In this document: piece after piece, positions 45,665 through 59,830 of the stretch
Numbering within the stretch: the first letter of the stretch is position 1
Layout: each line of letters begins with the position of its first letter
From: Mustelus asterias
Lineage: Eukaryota
Reading direction: 5' to 3'
DNA length: 64,000 nucleotides
Assembly: GCF_964213995.1 (NCBI RefSeq)
Contig: NW_027590388.1
Span: 62,001-126,000 of the forward strand
Notes under the pieces: generated by a model
What the model was told of the DNA's origin: nothing
What the model saw: only the letters and a program-made list of their open reading frames with translations
The model's database searches: none
Translations under genes and position numbers: made by a program

Positions 45665-46950
45665 AAGGAGACTGGGGTGGGACACAGATAATCTCTGTGC
45701 AATCAGGCAGAGTCAACATGGTTTTGTGCAAGGGAAATCATGTTAATTGATTTATTGGATTTCTTTGAGGAAGTAACAAGCAATGTGGATAAAGTGGAAC
45801 CTGTGGATGTGGTGTATTTAGATTTCCAGAAGGCATTTGACAAGGTGCCACATCAAAGTTCACCACACTAAATAAGAATTTGTAGCATAAGGCATAACAT
45901 ATTAGCATCCCATCCACTTTGATTCTTTATATTAGCATGGATAGAGGATTGATGAGCTAATAGGAAACAGGAGGGAGAAATGAGTCATTTTTGGGATGGC
46001 AAAATGTAGCCTGTGGAGTGCCACAGGGACCAGTGCTGGGCCCTCAACTATTGACAAACTATTTTCATGATGTGGATGACAGGATCAAAATTTGTTGATA
46101 ACACAAAGGTAGGTAGGAAAGTGAGATGTGAATGACCATAACAAGCCTGTAAAGTAATATAGATAGGGTCAGTGAGTGGGTAAAAGGTTGGCAGCTGGAA
46201 CAAGATTTTTGGATAATGTGAACTTGTCCATTTGGACAGGAAGGATGGAAAAGCAGTTGATTATTTAAAGCGAGCGATTGCAGAACTTTGAGGTACAGAG
46301 GGATCTGGGTGTCCTGGTACTGTAATCAGGAAACGTTAGTGTGTGGACACAGCAAATGATTAGAAAGGTAAATGAATTGTTGTTTATTGCAGGGATGTTT
46401 TGCTATATTTGTTCAGGGTATTGGTGAGACCACATCTAGAGCATGGTGTACAGTTTTGGTCTCCTTACTTAAGAGAGGACTTGTGTGAGAAGTAGTTCAG
46501 AGAAGGTTTACTTGACTGATTCCTGGGATGAGGGAGTTATCATACGAGGAAAAGTTGGACATGTTCGGCCTGTATCTATTGGGGTTTAGAAGAATGAGAG
46601 AGGATCTGATTGAAACATAAAATTCAGAGGGGACTTGACAGAGTGGATGTTGATTGTCGAGAGAGGAGAACTAGAGGCACAGTTTAAAAATAAGGGGTCT
46701 CCCATTTAAGACTTCTCTCAGAGGGTTGTTACAGTGTGGAATTCTCTTCCACAGAGAGTGGTGGAGGCTGGCTCACTGAATATTCTGAAGTCTGAATTTA
46801 ATAGATTCTTGATTGACAAGAGAGTCAAAGGGTGTGAGGGGTAAGAAGGAAAGTGGAGTTGAAGCTACAATCACATCAGCCGGGATCCTATTGAATGGTG
46901 GAGCAGGCTCGAGGGGCCGAGTGGCCTTCTCCTGCTCCTAATTCACATGT
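45665..46950 (+). mobile_element. Old CR1 LINE 3' part
   Basis: CAACATGGTTTTG..GGGAAATCATG, GCATTTGACAAGGTGCCACA, GGAGTGCCACAGGG..CAGTGCTGGG; 3' tail; many stops. Confidence 0.8.
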
Positions 46951-48554
46951 TCCCATTGTGATAGTTGGAGTTTGTTTCTGCTGATGTTAATTTCCCATAA
47001 AACTGAGCTGCAGCTTAATCTACAGAATAGAATCAAATAAATCTTGATGATAAACTAATTGACCAGCCAGGGTCTAACTGAATGACAGAGCAGACTGGAA
47101 GGGCTGAACAACCTGCTCCAGTTCCTGTGTAGTTTCTCCCCAGGATTCTCCCACTCTCTAACTCTGCTCCAGTGCTGGTTTCTGATGAAGTCTCTTCTCC
47201 CCAGGTCTCCCATCACTTTCCATTCATCAGCTGGTGTCTGAGTCCAAGTTTACCAGGAACAGGAGGAGGTCATTTATCCCCTCAAGCCTGTTCTCTCATT
47301 CACTGAGGTCATGGCTGATCTGTGACCTAACTCCATTTACCCAGATATTGTTTTAATCCTGACTTCCTCAGTCTGTTACAATGAGATTTTTAAAATAACT
47401 TTTGTTTACATCAGACCTTCAATGTAGGAGAGTGTCCCAAGGTGAATCTCAGAAACATCAATTGATAAATCAGACAACTGGCACTGAGGGGATGTTAGGA
47501 GGCTGACTGAAGACTTGGTGCAGTGTAAAGGGTTAATGTTAAATTTGTAAATATTCTACCCAGTGATGTAAGATCAGATGATAAGAGTCTGCTGAGAGAT
47601 GGTTGTCTGCTGAGCCTTGTGCTGTACATATTTAGAAGAAGGTGCAATAAAAAGTTATATTAACCAATAGCCTTGCCTCCAGCAGTCTCTGTCAATCGTG
47701 GCCAATTTCTGTATCCACTTGATCTAAACCTGTCATAATAGTGTTCACCTCTATCAGATCTTCCCTTAGCCTCCTTCATTCCAGGGAGAATAACTCCAAC
47801 TTCTCAAACCTGACCTTGGAGTTAAAATCCTTCATTGCTGGAACCATTCTGGTGAACCTCCGCACCTTCTCAAGGACCATCCCATCATTCCTAAAGCGTG
47901 CTGTCTGGATATGAACACAATATTCCCATTGTGGTTTAAACAGTGCTTCATAAAGCCTCAGCATAACTTCATTGGCTTTTATTACAATGGCTCTATTGGA
48001 AACCAATGTATTATGGACCTTTTTAATGTGCAGTCAGTTTGTAACTTTATTTATTTTATATTAATCAGTGTTCACGGGTTGTGGTGTAACGCTGTGTGTG
48101 GAGTCTCTCATGGTGGTAACAGGAAATATCGAGGGTGATAGAAGAACCCAGACTGAGCATATCTGAAGAACTGCACTGAACTGCATTGTGGGTTCAATGT
48201 GCAAAGCATGCTGGTCAATGTAGTCAAGTCGCAGCCTTGCTGGAATTAGCAATGTCTGCAAAATGAATTAAATTGTGCAGGAAACTGGCCTCACACTGTG
48301 AGAAAGATGTGTTTGTTTGAGCTAATGAACTAGTCTGTAGCAGCTTAGGGAATGATAACAGTGTCAGAGATAACACAGTGGAGTCAGGCTGGCTCTATTC
48401 CTTCAAGTATAACCGTGTAATAGGCCCAGGACATAAGAACAAGGGAGAAGACAATGCTGTCATTGAAAACCAATTCAATGGGCTAAAAACAGGTATTACC
48501 TTATTTTTTATTCGTTTACAGAGGTCAAAGCCCACAGCCTGCCCTGAATAATAA

Positions 48555-51105
48555 AAGGTGGGCCTCACTGGCTAGGTCAGCATTTATTGCCCATTTCTAA
48601 ATGGCCTTGAGAAGGTGGTGTTGAGCTGCCTTCTAGAACCACAGCAATCCCTGTGGTGTAGGGACACCCACACTTGTTTGGGAGGAAGCTCCAGGATTCT
48701 GGTCCAGTGACAGCAAAGGAACAGCGATATATTTTGAAGTCAAGATGTGAGTGTTACGATCCCAGTTGATGTTATAATTGGACAGGATGATTCCAGGATG
48801 GAACACTGGCTCAAAAGACTGCAACTTTTACTTTTTGTAGAAAACATAAAGGAACAGAATCTCAGGACTGCCAATTAGCTTTTAATAAAATATTTATTAA
48901 ACACGAAGAGTTTGACGATAACAAAATACTCCTTGACTCACACTTACCTTCACAAATGTATCCAGATTTCAAGGATAACATAGATTTAAAATTCCTTATG
49001 CTATAATGTTCTCAGTAAACACATGGTTCCTTTAAACCCACAGGTTAGCTGTGATCAGACAACCCCCACTCTGAAACCAAGTGGCAGATGCAACTCAATC
49101 GATCCTCTGTGGATTTCTCCTCAAATTTCCCCCCCAGATGATTGTCTCGAGTGTTTTCAAACTCCGCTCTCAGAAAGACACGTGTTAATATCTCCTTCCA
49201 AACCAAGTTTCTCTCCATTGCTTTCAACAAAGATCCACTTCCAGGTCTTCCAATTATCCTTTCAAACAAGCCTTTCTCTCCACTCTTTTAGCAAGAAGCT
49301 GCCTCTAGGTTTTTAACTCTCAGAATTCCTTTGCCTTGAATTGCAACATGCTTCCAAAATTCTGCATAAACTCAGATCATCAGTCTGTAACAGAATACAA
49401 TTGCTTCAAAATCTGGATTTAAGGACATCAAACGTTCCCACTATTCAGATATGCGGCTTGTCTGTCACCAACCTCATCAGTTCTTTTCTTCCCAGGTCTG
49501 AGTTTAACTTCCATGAATAGTATCCTGTTCAAAAGACAATGCTGTTCCTTTTTTTCTTCAATATTCCTGGAGCTTCTTTTCCATTCCCGGGTTTCTCAAA
49601 CTAACTGTCCTTTAGTTCCTCTGGAGCTTGCTTTCGCACACATTACTCCATTGTATGGCTTTCCTGCTTCTAGTAGAGCTGAGAGCTGCTCACTCTCTCG
49701 TTTCCTCATCCCAACTGCTATAGAACAAAGAACAAAGAAAATTACAGCACAGGAACAGGCCCTTCAGCCCTCCAAGCCTGCACCGGCCATGCTGCCCGAC
49801 TGAACTAAAACCCCCTACCCTTCCAGGGACCATATCCCTCTATTCCCATCCTATTCATGTATTTGTCAAGACGCCCCTTAAAAGTCACGACCAAAGACTA
49901 TAAATTCAACTAATACTACACTCAAAAACCTTCTCACCCTAAAGGTGCCCCTGGTTGCTATGCAACAATGCATTACTTCTCCAACTTCACGTTTATTTTT
50001 CACGCCATAAACTCTCTCAGCACAACAGGAATACAATTTCAATTGAAACCTATCCCCCACACATGCAAACACCTTTGTTCAACATTAATCCAACCAAAGT
50101 TCTCCTCTTCCTACACAGAAACACTAAATCAAACTTACTTAAATCTATACTTTATTTCTAATATTTAACAATAGAAACATAGATCACTTAAAACTATCTC
50201 TGTTTTCCTGACATGAGTGACTTAGAGAGGAACTTCCAGGTGGTGATATTCTCATGTATCTGCTGCTCTTGTCCTTCTAGATGGTAATGTTTCTGGGTCT
50301 GTAAGATGCTGCCTAAGGAGTCTTGGTGAGTTCCTGCAGTGCATTTTGTAGATGGTACACACTGTTGCTACTGTCCGTCGGTGGTAGAGGGAGTGAATGT
50401 TTGTGGTTAGTGTGTTGATCAAGTGGGGCTGCTTTGTCCTGGATGGTTTTGAGCTTCTTGAGTGTTGTTGGGAGCTGCACTCATTCAGGCAAGTGGAGAG
50501 TATTCCATCACATTCCTGACTTGTGTCATGTAGATGGTGGACGGGCTTTGGGTGGGGGAGTCAGAAGGTGAGTTACTCTCCTCAGGGCTGCCAGTCTCTG
50601 ACCTGCTCTGGTAGCCACAGTATCTATGGGTTTCTGGTCAATGTAACCCCCCAGGATGTTGATAGTGGAAGGGGGATTCAGTGATGGTAATGCCCTTGAA
50701 TCTCAAGGGGTGATGGTTAGATCTTCTCCTGTTAGAGATGGTCATTGCCTCGGACCTATGTGGCATGAATGTTACTTGCCACTTGTCAGCCCAAGCCTGG
50801 ATATTGTTGTATTTGGACATGGACTGCTTCAGTATCTGAGGAATCACAAATGGTGCTGAACATTGTGTATTCATTGGCGGACATCCCCACTTCTGACCTT
50901 ATGACGGAGGGAAGGTTATTGATGAAGCAGCTGAAGATGGTTGGGCCTCGGACACTACCCTGAGAGATCCCTGCATTGATGTCCTGGAGCTGAGATGACT
51001 GACCCTCCACAACCACAACCATCTTCCTAATTGCCAGGTATAAGTCCAACCAGCAGAGAGTTTGCCCCTTGATATCCATTGATTCCAGTTTTGCTCGGGG
51101 TCCAT
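48555..51105 (-). mobile_element. CR1/L2-group LINE 3' part, split by a solo LTR
   Basis: GISQGSVRGPTIFSCFINNL, IQAWADKWQVTF. Confidence 0.7.
48752..50213. mobile_element. Probable solo LTR with a nested CR1 tail (~49720-49890)
   Basis: TGTTA...TGACA termini, 4-bp TSD TGAG. Confidence 0.7.
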
Positions 51106-51432
51106 GATATGGTGGCACAGTGGTTAGACCAGTTGGCTCACAGCCCCAGGGACCCAGGTTTGATTCCGGCCTTGGGTGGCTGTGTCGAGTTGGCACATTC
51201 ATCAGCTTTTTTTTTGTGGATCATTTCAGTGGAAATGTGCTCTCCCAAACTCAAAGAGCATCAGTCCACTGAAAACAAAGTTGTGAGACCGGCCAGTCCA
51301 GCAGAAAGAAACCCTCCAACCCTCCCACTTCACCAATTGTCAAAATGAACATAGTTCAGTCCCGGATGTGATTAACAGCAGCAATAACAGCAGAATCCAA
51401 CCACTGTCATCACTTGTGAACTTACTGGTGTC

Positions 51433-52647
51433 TCAGCAGGTGGGATGACTGAGTGAATCCCTTTGTGAATCCTTGTGAACTCGCTGGTGTGTCAGCAGGT
51501 GGGATGACTGCATGAATCCCTTTCCACACTCAGAGCAGATAAACGGCCTCTCTCCGGTGTGAACTTGCTGGTGACTCTGCAGATAAGATGAAAGAGCGAA
51601 TCCTTTCCCACACTCAGAGCAGGTGAATGGTCTCTCCCTGGTGTGAACACGTCGGTGTGCCTGCAGGTTAGCTGAACGAGTGAATCCCTTCCCACACTCA
51701 GAGCAGGTGAACGGCCTCTCCCCGGTGTGAACTTGCTGGTGATTCTGCAGGTCGGATAACTGAATGAATCCCCTGCCACACTCGGAACAGGTGAATGGCC
51801 TCTCCCTGGTGTGAACCTCCTGGTGTGACACTAGGTGGGATGATTGAATAAAACGCCTCCCACACTCGGAGCAGACGAATGGCCTCTCCCTGCTGTGAAC
51901 TCCCTGGTGTGACATTAGGTGTGACGATTGGATAAAACGTTTCCCACATTCGGGGCAGCTGAATGGCCTCTCCCTTGTGTGGGTTCCTTGGTGTGTCACT
52001 AGGTGTGATAACTGAATAAAACGCTTCCCACACTCGGAGCAGGGGAACGGCCTCTCCCTCCTGTGGACTCCCTGGTGAGTCACTAGGTGTGATAACTGAA
52101 TAAAACACTTCCTGCACTCAGAGCAGTTGAAAGGCCTCTCCTTAGTGTGGGCTCGCTGGTGTATCTGCAGGTGAGATGACTGAGTGAAACCCTTTCCACA
52201 GTCGGAGCAGGTGAATGGTCGCTTTCCGGTGTGGATTTGTTGGTGATTCAAAAGTTCAGATGAATGATTGAATTGCTTCCCACACTCAGAGCAGTTGAAC
52301 GGTTTTTCCCCAGTGTGAACTTGCTGGTGTGTCAGCAGGTGGGATAACTGAGTGAATCCCTTCCCACAATCAGAGCAGGTGTACAGCCTCTCCCTACTGT
52401 GAACTGCTTGGTGATTCCACAGGTCGGCTGCCTGGAGAAAACCCTTCCCACACTCGGAGCAGATGAAGGGCCTCTCCCCAGTGTGGCTGCATTGATGAAT
52501 CTTCAGGGCAGATGGGGAGCAGTCTCCTTCCCCACACTTGGAGCAGGGGAACAGTCTCTCCCCAGTGTGAATATGTTGATGAGTTTGCAGTGCAGACGGG
52601 ATACGGAATTCCTTACCACAATCCTCATCTTTCCCCGGTTTCTCCAT
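51433..52647 (-). CDS. Tandem C2H2 zinc-finger protein F: degenerate first finger, 13 intact fingers, frameshifted remnant of a last finger
   Basis: ATG at 52647 ([10 protein letters not shown]); ends [14 protein letters not shown]; the family stop CACAAGTGA lies at ~51410. Confidence 0.85.
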   Translation of the reverse strand: MEKPGKDEDCGKEFRIPSALQTHQHIHTGERLFPCSKCGEGDCSPSALKIHQCSHTGERPFICSECGKGFLQAADLWNHQAVHSRERLYTCSDCGKGFTQLSHLLTHQQVHTGEKPFNCSECGKQFNHSSELLNHQQIHTGKRPFTCSDCGKGFTQSSHLQIHQRAHTKERPFNCSECRKCFIQLSHLVTHQGVHRRERPFPCSECGKRFIQLSHLVTHQGTHTRERPFSCPECGKRFIQSSHLMSHQGVHSRERPFVCSECGRRFIQSSHLVSHQEVHTRERPFTCSECGRGFIQLSDLQNHQQVHTGERPFTCSECGKGFTRSANLQAHRRVHTRERPFTCSECGKGFALSSYLQSHQQVHTGERPFICSECGKGFMQSSHLLTHQRVHKDSQRDSLSHPTC

Positions 52648-54099
52648 GGTGTGGATGTCCTTGTGTCTTTCCAGGTTTAACAATCAGTTAAATCCTCATC
52701 CATTCATAGAGCATGTGTACTGTCTGTCCCCGCTGTAAATGATGTGATATTTTTGCAGTCTGTGTAACTGGTCTTTTGACAGTCAGTGTACTGGACACTC
52801 TCACTCAGCTCTGTGTTCCTTGGTGCCTTTCCAGTCACACTGATGTGACAGAAAAAACAGATAAATATTTCTTCTTCTCGATTCAAAGTCTGATGATATT
52901 CAGGTTCTGATAATTTGAGTGACTCTATTAAGCCTTAACATGTTTTGAGATTGCTGGCAGCAAATCTTCCCCTTATAACTTCCTGTAAAATGAGTTTACA
53001 AAAGTCATCACTGTCAGTATCAAACAGAAATTCAGAATAGACAATTCTAGTTTCTGTGGAACATTTCTTCCTTTCTCGTTCCTCTGGATCTGTACATCTC
53101 CATCCCACACCCTATCCCTGTATCCTCACTCTGCTGTCTGTATAATACACCCTTCCAATTCTCCTGAAGGTGTTGATTCATGCTGATCAACAAATCCATG
53201 CTCAGTCCTTCTTCTCCAGCACTGAGATATCTTCATGCAGGTTGCTCGTCTAAATACCTAAATATACTTAGCGAAGTAAAATGTATGTAACATAGGGGAC
53301 CAGTTTAATAATTAGAAGTACAGCAAGGCTATGAGATAGAACATTTCAACAGTGAACGTTCTTGAATATCAATTTTTTGGCTATGAGGGTGGTGCATTTT
53401 GATACATTCAATATTTCAAAATGAAATTAGATGGGCAGTCAAAATAGACTGGCAGGGGAACAGGGATACAGACGGGATGAGGAGCATATCAGCCATGATT
53501 GAATGGCGGAGTGGACTCGATGGGCCAAATAGCCTAATTATACTCCTATATCTTATGAACTTAAGGGGGAATGGGACTGACTGGATTGCTCTACAGAGAG
53601 TTAGCATGGACTTGAGTTGCTGAATCGACTCCTTGTGTGATACAATAACCCGATTACTGAAAATAAACTACTTAGTTACAGTATTAACAAAACTAAAAAT
53701 AATAAAAAATGAACTTTATTACTGGACCATGCATAATATATCTAATTTGTACCATATTACAAGACTGCACACATCTCTGTCCTATATTAATTTACTGCCC
53801 CTTAAATTTCAGCTATTTCCTCGGGAAATCATCCCTTCAAATTGTGAACATTAGGAAAGAGACCATCCTCTTAACCAGACAAATAAATGTGACAAGTTGA
53901 GGAAGCAAAGGATGGCAATGTCTTTAAGAGGGAGAGAGATACCTGGGCCAACCTTTCCAGAGTCTGCAGCCTCCCTGAATTCACTTCCTTTCCCTTCAGT
54001 TGCTGCAAGTCCCCAATTTAACCCCAGAATGAGAAGAAAAAGGAGAGAAGAAAACAAAGTGTTTTACTGACAGATGTTGACGACAGGAAGAGGTTTCAG

Positions 54100-54400
54100 T
54101 CTGTCTGAAATCCAATCTGCATTGTCACAAAGCCCGCACTCTGATTGGCTGGAGGACCAGTGTCCTTCCGGTCCTCCAATTCCTCCCATTGGTCAATGCC
54201 CTCATGAAGACAGTGGTGCAGCGGAAGTGAGTGGGAGACACTTTGACCCCGGATCGCTCGAAGTTGTTGGCCAATGGGAAACGCTATCCTCCGCACATGC
54301 GCAGAACTTCTCTGGGTTAATCATGCGCAGTCCCACCCGGCGAAGAGAGCGATTTTCTCAGCGCGGGGGATTGTGGGAGCTGCGGCTGCCATTACTCGGC
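54100..54400. promoter_or_regulatory. Putative promoter of ZNF F and of a disrupted + strand partner
   Basis: CCAAT boxes, TGGAGGACC..GGTCCTCCA palindrome, CATGCGCAG x2, CGGAAGT (ETS-like). Confidence 0.65.
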
Positions 54401-54699
54401 CGGAGCCCAGTCTCCAAACACCTGGGACTGCGATGGATGGGATGGGATGGGGAGGAGGCGAAGTGACTCCATCCGGATATAATGTACATCTGGGTAGTCA
54501 CTGGAATTGATAGCGAAGCCGCCTTCGCAAAATTCAGGTGTAAAAATTTAGACACCTGGGTGACATATTGGGGAGTGGAATAGCTCAATGTGAAACTGAA
54601 CCCCAGAGTCAGCAGCGTCCTTGGGGGAGAACTGGGGAAAAATAAGGAGGATGGTCAAAAGAATTAGGCTTACAATTGATAGGGAGGAGGCAGATGTTT

Positions 54700-55170
54700 A
54701 AAGTTTGAAATTTGATTAGATTTGATTTATTATTGTCACATGTATTAGTAGACAGTGAGAAGTTTTGTTTCTTGTACGTTTTACTGACAAAGAGAAGGAA
54801 AGAGGAGGGTGCAGAATGGAGTATTACAGTCATAGCTAGGATATAGAGAAAGATCAAATTAATGTGAGGTAGTTCCATTCAAAAGTTTGATGGCCTCAGG
54901 GAAGAAGCTGTTCTCGATTTGGTTATACATGTTCTCAGACCTTTATATCTTTTTCCCGATGGAAGGAGGTGGAAGAAAGAATGTCCAGGGTGCGTGGGGT
55001 CCTTGATTACACTGGCTGCTTTTCTAAGACAGTGGGAAATGTAGACAGAGTCAATGGATAGGAGGCTGGTTTGCATGATGGATTAGGTCATTCATGACCC
55101 TTTGTAGTTTCTTGTGGTCTTGGACAGAGCAGGAGCAATATCAAGTTGTGATACAACCAGAAAGAATGCT
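54700..55170 (-). mobile_element. Rex1/Babar-type LINE 3' end
   Basis: CLRKAASVIKDPTHPGHSFFHLLPSGKRY resembles the Rex1/Babar C-terminus. Confidence 0.7.
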
Positions 55171-55499
55171 TTCCAGAAAGGGAGGAGAATGTTACGTGAC
55201 AACCAGAATATCAGTTTCAAATTTCTATCCTGTGCTTACATTCATTGCTTTGATAGATGTTTTTATTTACAAGGGATTAGAATGGAAGGATTTTCAGTCA
55301 GAAACATCTTGATTCATTTGGACACGACTATCATCAGCGATCAAATGTCAGAGGAACACTGATGCCCTGTTCAAAAAGATTTCAATCATCAGTGCGAATG
55401 GAAAAGTTGTGTGATGCACATTCCCAAGAGAGAGAGAGAGATTTCCAGGAAAAGAGACATAAGAATATATGAACAAATGAACTATGAGCAGGCCACTCA

Positions 55500-56260
55500 G
55501 GCCGTTTCAGTGCTCAGCGCCGACAACTGCCAGTTTCCAGATGCAATTTTACAACTCATCCGCTTCATCCTGGACCACAATGTCTTCACCTTCAACAACC
55601 AGTTCTTCATCCAGACACACGGAACAGCTATAGGGACCAAATTCGCACCTCAATATGCCAACATCTTCATGCACAGGTTCAAACAAGACATCTTCACCGC
55701 ACAGGACCTTCAACCGATGCTATACACTAGATACATTGATGACATTTTCTTCCTTTGGACTCATGGTGAACAATCACTGAGACAACTATATGATGACATC
55801 AACAAGTTCCACCCCACCATCAGACTCACCATGGACTACTCTCCGGAATCAGTTGCATTCTTGGACACACACATCTCCATTAAGGATGGTCACCTCAGCA
55901 CCTCACTATACCGCAAGCCCATGGATAACCTCACGATGCTCCACTTCTCCAGCTTCCACCCTAAACACGTTAAAGAAGCCACCCCCTATGGACAAGCCCT
56001 CCGTATACACAGGATCTGCTCAGATGATCGCAACAGACACCTCCACGCGCTGAAAGATGCCCTCATAAAGAACAGGATATGGCGCTCAACTCATCGATCG
56101 ACAGTTCCGACGTGCCACAGCGATAAACCGCACCGACCTCCTCAGAAGACAAACACGGGACATGGTGGACAGAATACCCTTTGTCGTCCAGTACTTCCCC
56201 GGAGCGGAGAAGCTACGGCATCTCCTCTGGAGCCTTCAACATGTCATTGATGAAGACGAA
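55500..56260 (+). mobile_element. PLE reverse-transcriptase fragment
   Basis: GTAIGTKFAPQYANIFM, RYIDDIFFLW, FLDTHI, SFHPKHVK. Confidence 0.88.
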
Positions 56261-56863
56261 GGTTTGTGACAAATCCCCACATTAACATGGTCAATTCCCC
56301 CATATTTCTGTGCTTGTGTCTCCAATTGGGCCCCCAGACTGCCATCATTTCCATCCACTAATGGAAATGTTCATATATTTGGCATGGTGTGACACCCCTA
56401 TGGCTGTAAAATGGTAGATCCTCTGGCTCAGTATGAGCTGTGACTTGGTGGACGGGCTATGAATGTGATATAAATACAGCCTTACAGATGATGCATTTCG
56501 TCCAAGTCAACTTGACAGTCAAATGATGAGGGCTGAATGGACTCCCCGAACTCTCTCGTTGCATATTGTTCTTATTGAATGGGATCATACCTATCCAAGC
56601 AGTGTAAAAAAAAGGAAACAACAGGAAACAAGTAGCCAGAGTAAATCTTGGTCCAGAGAAAGCTCACTTCAAAAGCAACTAACTTGTGTTAATATTAAAA
56701 ACATTTGCCACATATTGTTTGACACAAAACTGATTCAGTTTAATTTTATCCAGAACATTAACACCTATTACCGAGCTGCAGTTTATGAACACCAGCAGAA
56801 TCGGACCCTAATGAATGTTGTTCAGTCCTGGGTGTGATTAACAGCAAACTCTAACTCCTGCCT

Positions 56864-57884
56864 TCACTTATGAATTCGCTGATGCGTCAGCAGGTTGGAT
56901 TTCCGAGTGAATCCCTTCCCACACTTGGAGCAGGTGAACGGTCTCTCCCCAGTGTGAATTCGCTGGTGTTCAGTGAGATGGGATGATTGTCTGAATCCAA
57001 TTGCACAGTGAGAGCATCTGAACGGTCTCTTGTCAGTGTGAACATGCTGATGGGATTTCAGTTCTCCAGAACTTTTATAGTAATTCCCAGTCTGGGCACT
57101 TGAAAGGTCTCTCTCCAGAGTGAACCCGCTGGTGCACCATGAGTTGGGATGACCGACTAAATCCCTTCCCACACTCCGTGCAGGTGAATGGCCTTTTCCC
57201 AGTGTGAATTCGCTGGTGTTCAGTGAGTTGAGATGATTGCCTGAACCCAGTCCCGCAGTGAGAGCACCTGAACGGTCTCTCCTCAGTGTGAACACGTTGG
57301 TGGTACGTCAGTTCCCAGGAGCTTTTATAGCCCTTTCCACATTCTGCACAGTAAAAAGGTCTTTCCTCAGTGTGAACTTGCTGATGGCGTGTCAGTTCCC
57401 GGGAACTTTTAAAGCACTTCCCACATGCAGGACATTTAAAAGGTCTCTTGTCAGTGTGAACTCGCTGGTGTGATAGCAGGTTGCTTGTGTGAATGAATCC
57501 CTTCCCACACAGGGAGCAGGTGAATGGCCTCTCCCCGGTGTGAACTCTCTGGTGTACCAGCAGATTGGAGGACTGAGTGAATCCCTTCCCACATTTGGAG
57601 CAGGTGAATGGTCTCTCTCCAGTGTGAACTTGCCGGTGTCTCAGCAGGTTGAACGACTGAGTGAATCCTTTCCCACACACAGAGCAGGTGAACGGCCTCT
57701 CCCCAGCATGAACTCGCTGGTGAATTTCCAGTTCAGATGGGGAATAGAATCCTTCCTCGCAGTCCCCACATTTCAACGGCTTCTCTTCAGTGTGACTGCA
57801 CTTGTGGTTCGTGGGGTCAGATGATTCATACACAGAACACGTGTACAGATTCTCCCCACTGCAATCGATGCTTTTTTCTTCCAT
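56864..57884 (-). pseudogene. Zinc-finger gene G, 11 fingers, frameshift in finger 9 (8-finger truncated product or pseudogene)
   Basis: ATG at 57884; CPD-WELL* at ~57085 arises from a 2-nt loss; the remaining fingers run in another frame to 56864. Confidence 0.8.
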
Positions 57885-58144
57885 GTTCAAAATCCAATAA
57901 TGATACAATGGTTACAATAAATTGGGCGACTCCATCAGATCCTGATGTGATGTTCGCTTTGTAATTCCCGACTGAAAATCCTCCTCTTCTAAAACCCTGT
58001 GAAACTGATTTAAATGGAAAAAAGGCAGTGAGAGAGAACCCACAGAAACTCAAAGGCAGGTTGTGAAATTGAGCTGAATGGATCTGGTCATTTGTGGGGC
58101 CGGCAGTAGGAAAAAGTGACCATGGAAACTGCCGGATTGTCATT

Positions 58145-58425
58145 GGGCGGCACGGTGGCACAGTGATCAGCACTGCTACCTCACAGTGCCAGGGACCCAG
58201 GTTCAATTCGCGGCTTGGGTCACTGTCTGTGTGGAGTTTGCACGTTCTCCCGGAGTTTGTGTGGGTTTCCTCCGGGTGTTCCGGTTTCCTCCCACAGTCT
58301 GAAAGACATGCTGGTTAGGTGCATTGACCCAAACAGGTGCTGGATTGTGGCAACTAGGGGAATTTCACAGCAACTTCATTGATGTGTTAATGTAAGCCTA
58401 CTTGTGACTAATAAATTTTTAACTT
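58145..58425 (+). mobile_element. V-SINE variant
   Basis: GGGCGGCACGGTGGCACAGTG, GGTTCAATTC, V-domain. Confidence 0.85.
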
Positions 58426-58709
58426 TAAAAAAACTCAACTGATTCACTAATGTCCTTCAGGGAAGGAAACCTGCTCCCTGGTCAGGGGCGACACAAGACT
58501 CTGGACAATCTGGGAGAAGAGATCGAGGGGGAAGAGGCAGTGAGACAGAAGTAGGAGAGGGTGAGACAGAATTGGGCAGCACAGGAAAAAAGGAATTTCA
58601 AATATTTCAAACTCCCACAACCTCCACCACCTCGATGGAGCAATGAAGCAGGCGTATGGAAACACCATCATCTCCAAGTTCCTTTTCAACTCACACACCA
58701 TCCTGACAT

Positions 58710-59225
58710 GTCTGACATCCAGTACTGGATGAACAGAAACTTCCCCCAATTGAATATTAAGAACAAAGCCGTTGTCTTCAGTCCTCACAACAGACTCCAC
58801 TCTCTCTCCGTGGCAACTGTCTGAGGCTGAACCAGACTTCTCACAACCTCAGTGTCCTGGCTCATCCCAAACTGAGCTTCCAGCCACATATCCTCATCAT
58901 CACCCAGAATGCCTATTTCCACCTCAGTAACATCGCCCGAGTCTCAAATCATCTTGTTCAGAAACTCTCATCCATTCCTTTGTTACCTCTGGACTTAACT
59001 CTCCCAGAGCACTCTTTGCTGGCCTCCCACATTCAGCCTCCCTGCAATCCTGAGGTCATCCAAAACTCTGCTGTCTGTGTAATTATTCAAGACTTGTTCA
59101 CCCATCACCCCTGTGCTCACTGACCTATAAAGGTTCCTGTTTAAGAACCACTAACATTTTAAAACTCCCGTTCTTGTTTCCAAATTTCTCCATGACTGCG
59201 ACCACTCCTCTCTCTGTAATATCCT
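58710..59225 (+). mobile_element. Old L2-like fragment, duplicated at ~60205-60670 and partly at ~7578-7680
   Basis: Shared CTGAGGCTGAACCAGAC..TCACAACC..CATCATCACC; L2-like C-terminal coding remnants. Confidence 0.55.
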
Positions 59226-59269
59226 TCAGTCACACAATTCTCCATCATCGATGCTCTCCCCTAATTCCA

Positions 59270-59830
59270 GCCTCTCTTCAGTGTGAACATATTGATGGGA
59301 TGTCAGTTCTTGGGAACTTTTATAGCACTTCCCACAGTCTGGGCATTTAAAAGGTCTCTCGTCAGTGTGAACTCGCTGTTGTGTCACGGATAATGATGAC
59401 TGAGTGAATCGTTTCCCATATACAGAGCAGGTGAATGACCTCTCCCCCGAGTGAACCTGCTGGTGTTTCAACAGATTGTTTGACTCATTGAATCCCAACC
59501 CACACTCAGAGCCGGTTCACAGCCTCTCCCTTGTGTGACTGCGTCGCTGAGTCTCCAGTTTAGATGGGTAACTGAAGGCCTTCTCACAGTCCTCATGTTT
59601 CCACAGTTTTCCCCGGTGTGATAGTGTCTCGATAGGTTAGATGATTGGTTGAAGCCTCATCCACACATAGAACATATGTACGGTTTTTCCCCACTGTGAA
59701 CAGTGCTTTTTCCTTCAATGTTCAAAATCCCATAATTTGGACACTCCATCAGATCCTGATGTGAATGTTTGGTTTGAGTTTCCTGACTACATATCCTCCT
59801 CTTTCAATATCCCATGAAATTAATTTAAAA
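59270..59830 (-). pseudogene. Zinc-finger pseudogene remnant (tandem duplicate of the G cassette)
   Basis: Broken fingers ([29 protein letters not shown]); 59680-60670 parallels 57840-59225. Confidence 0.8.
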
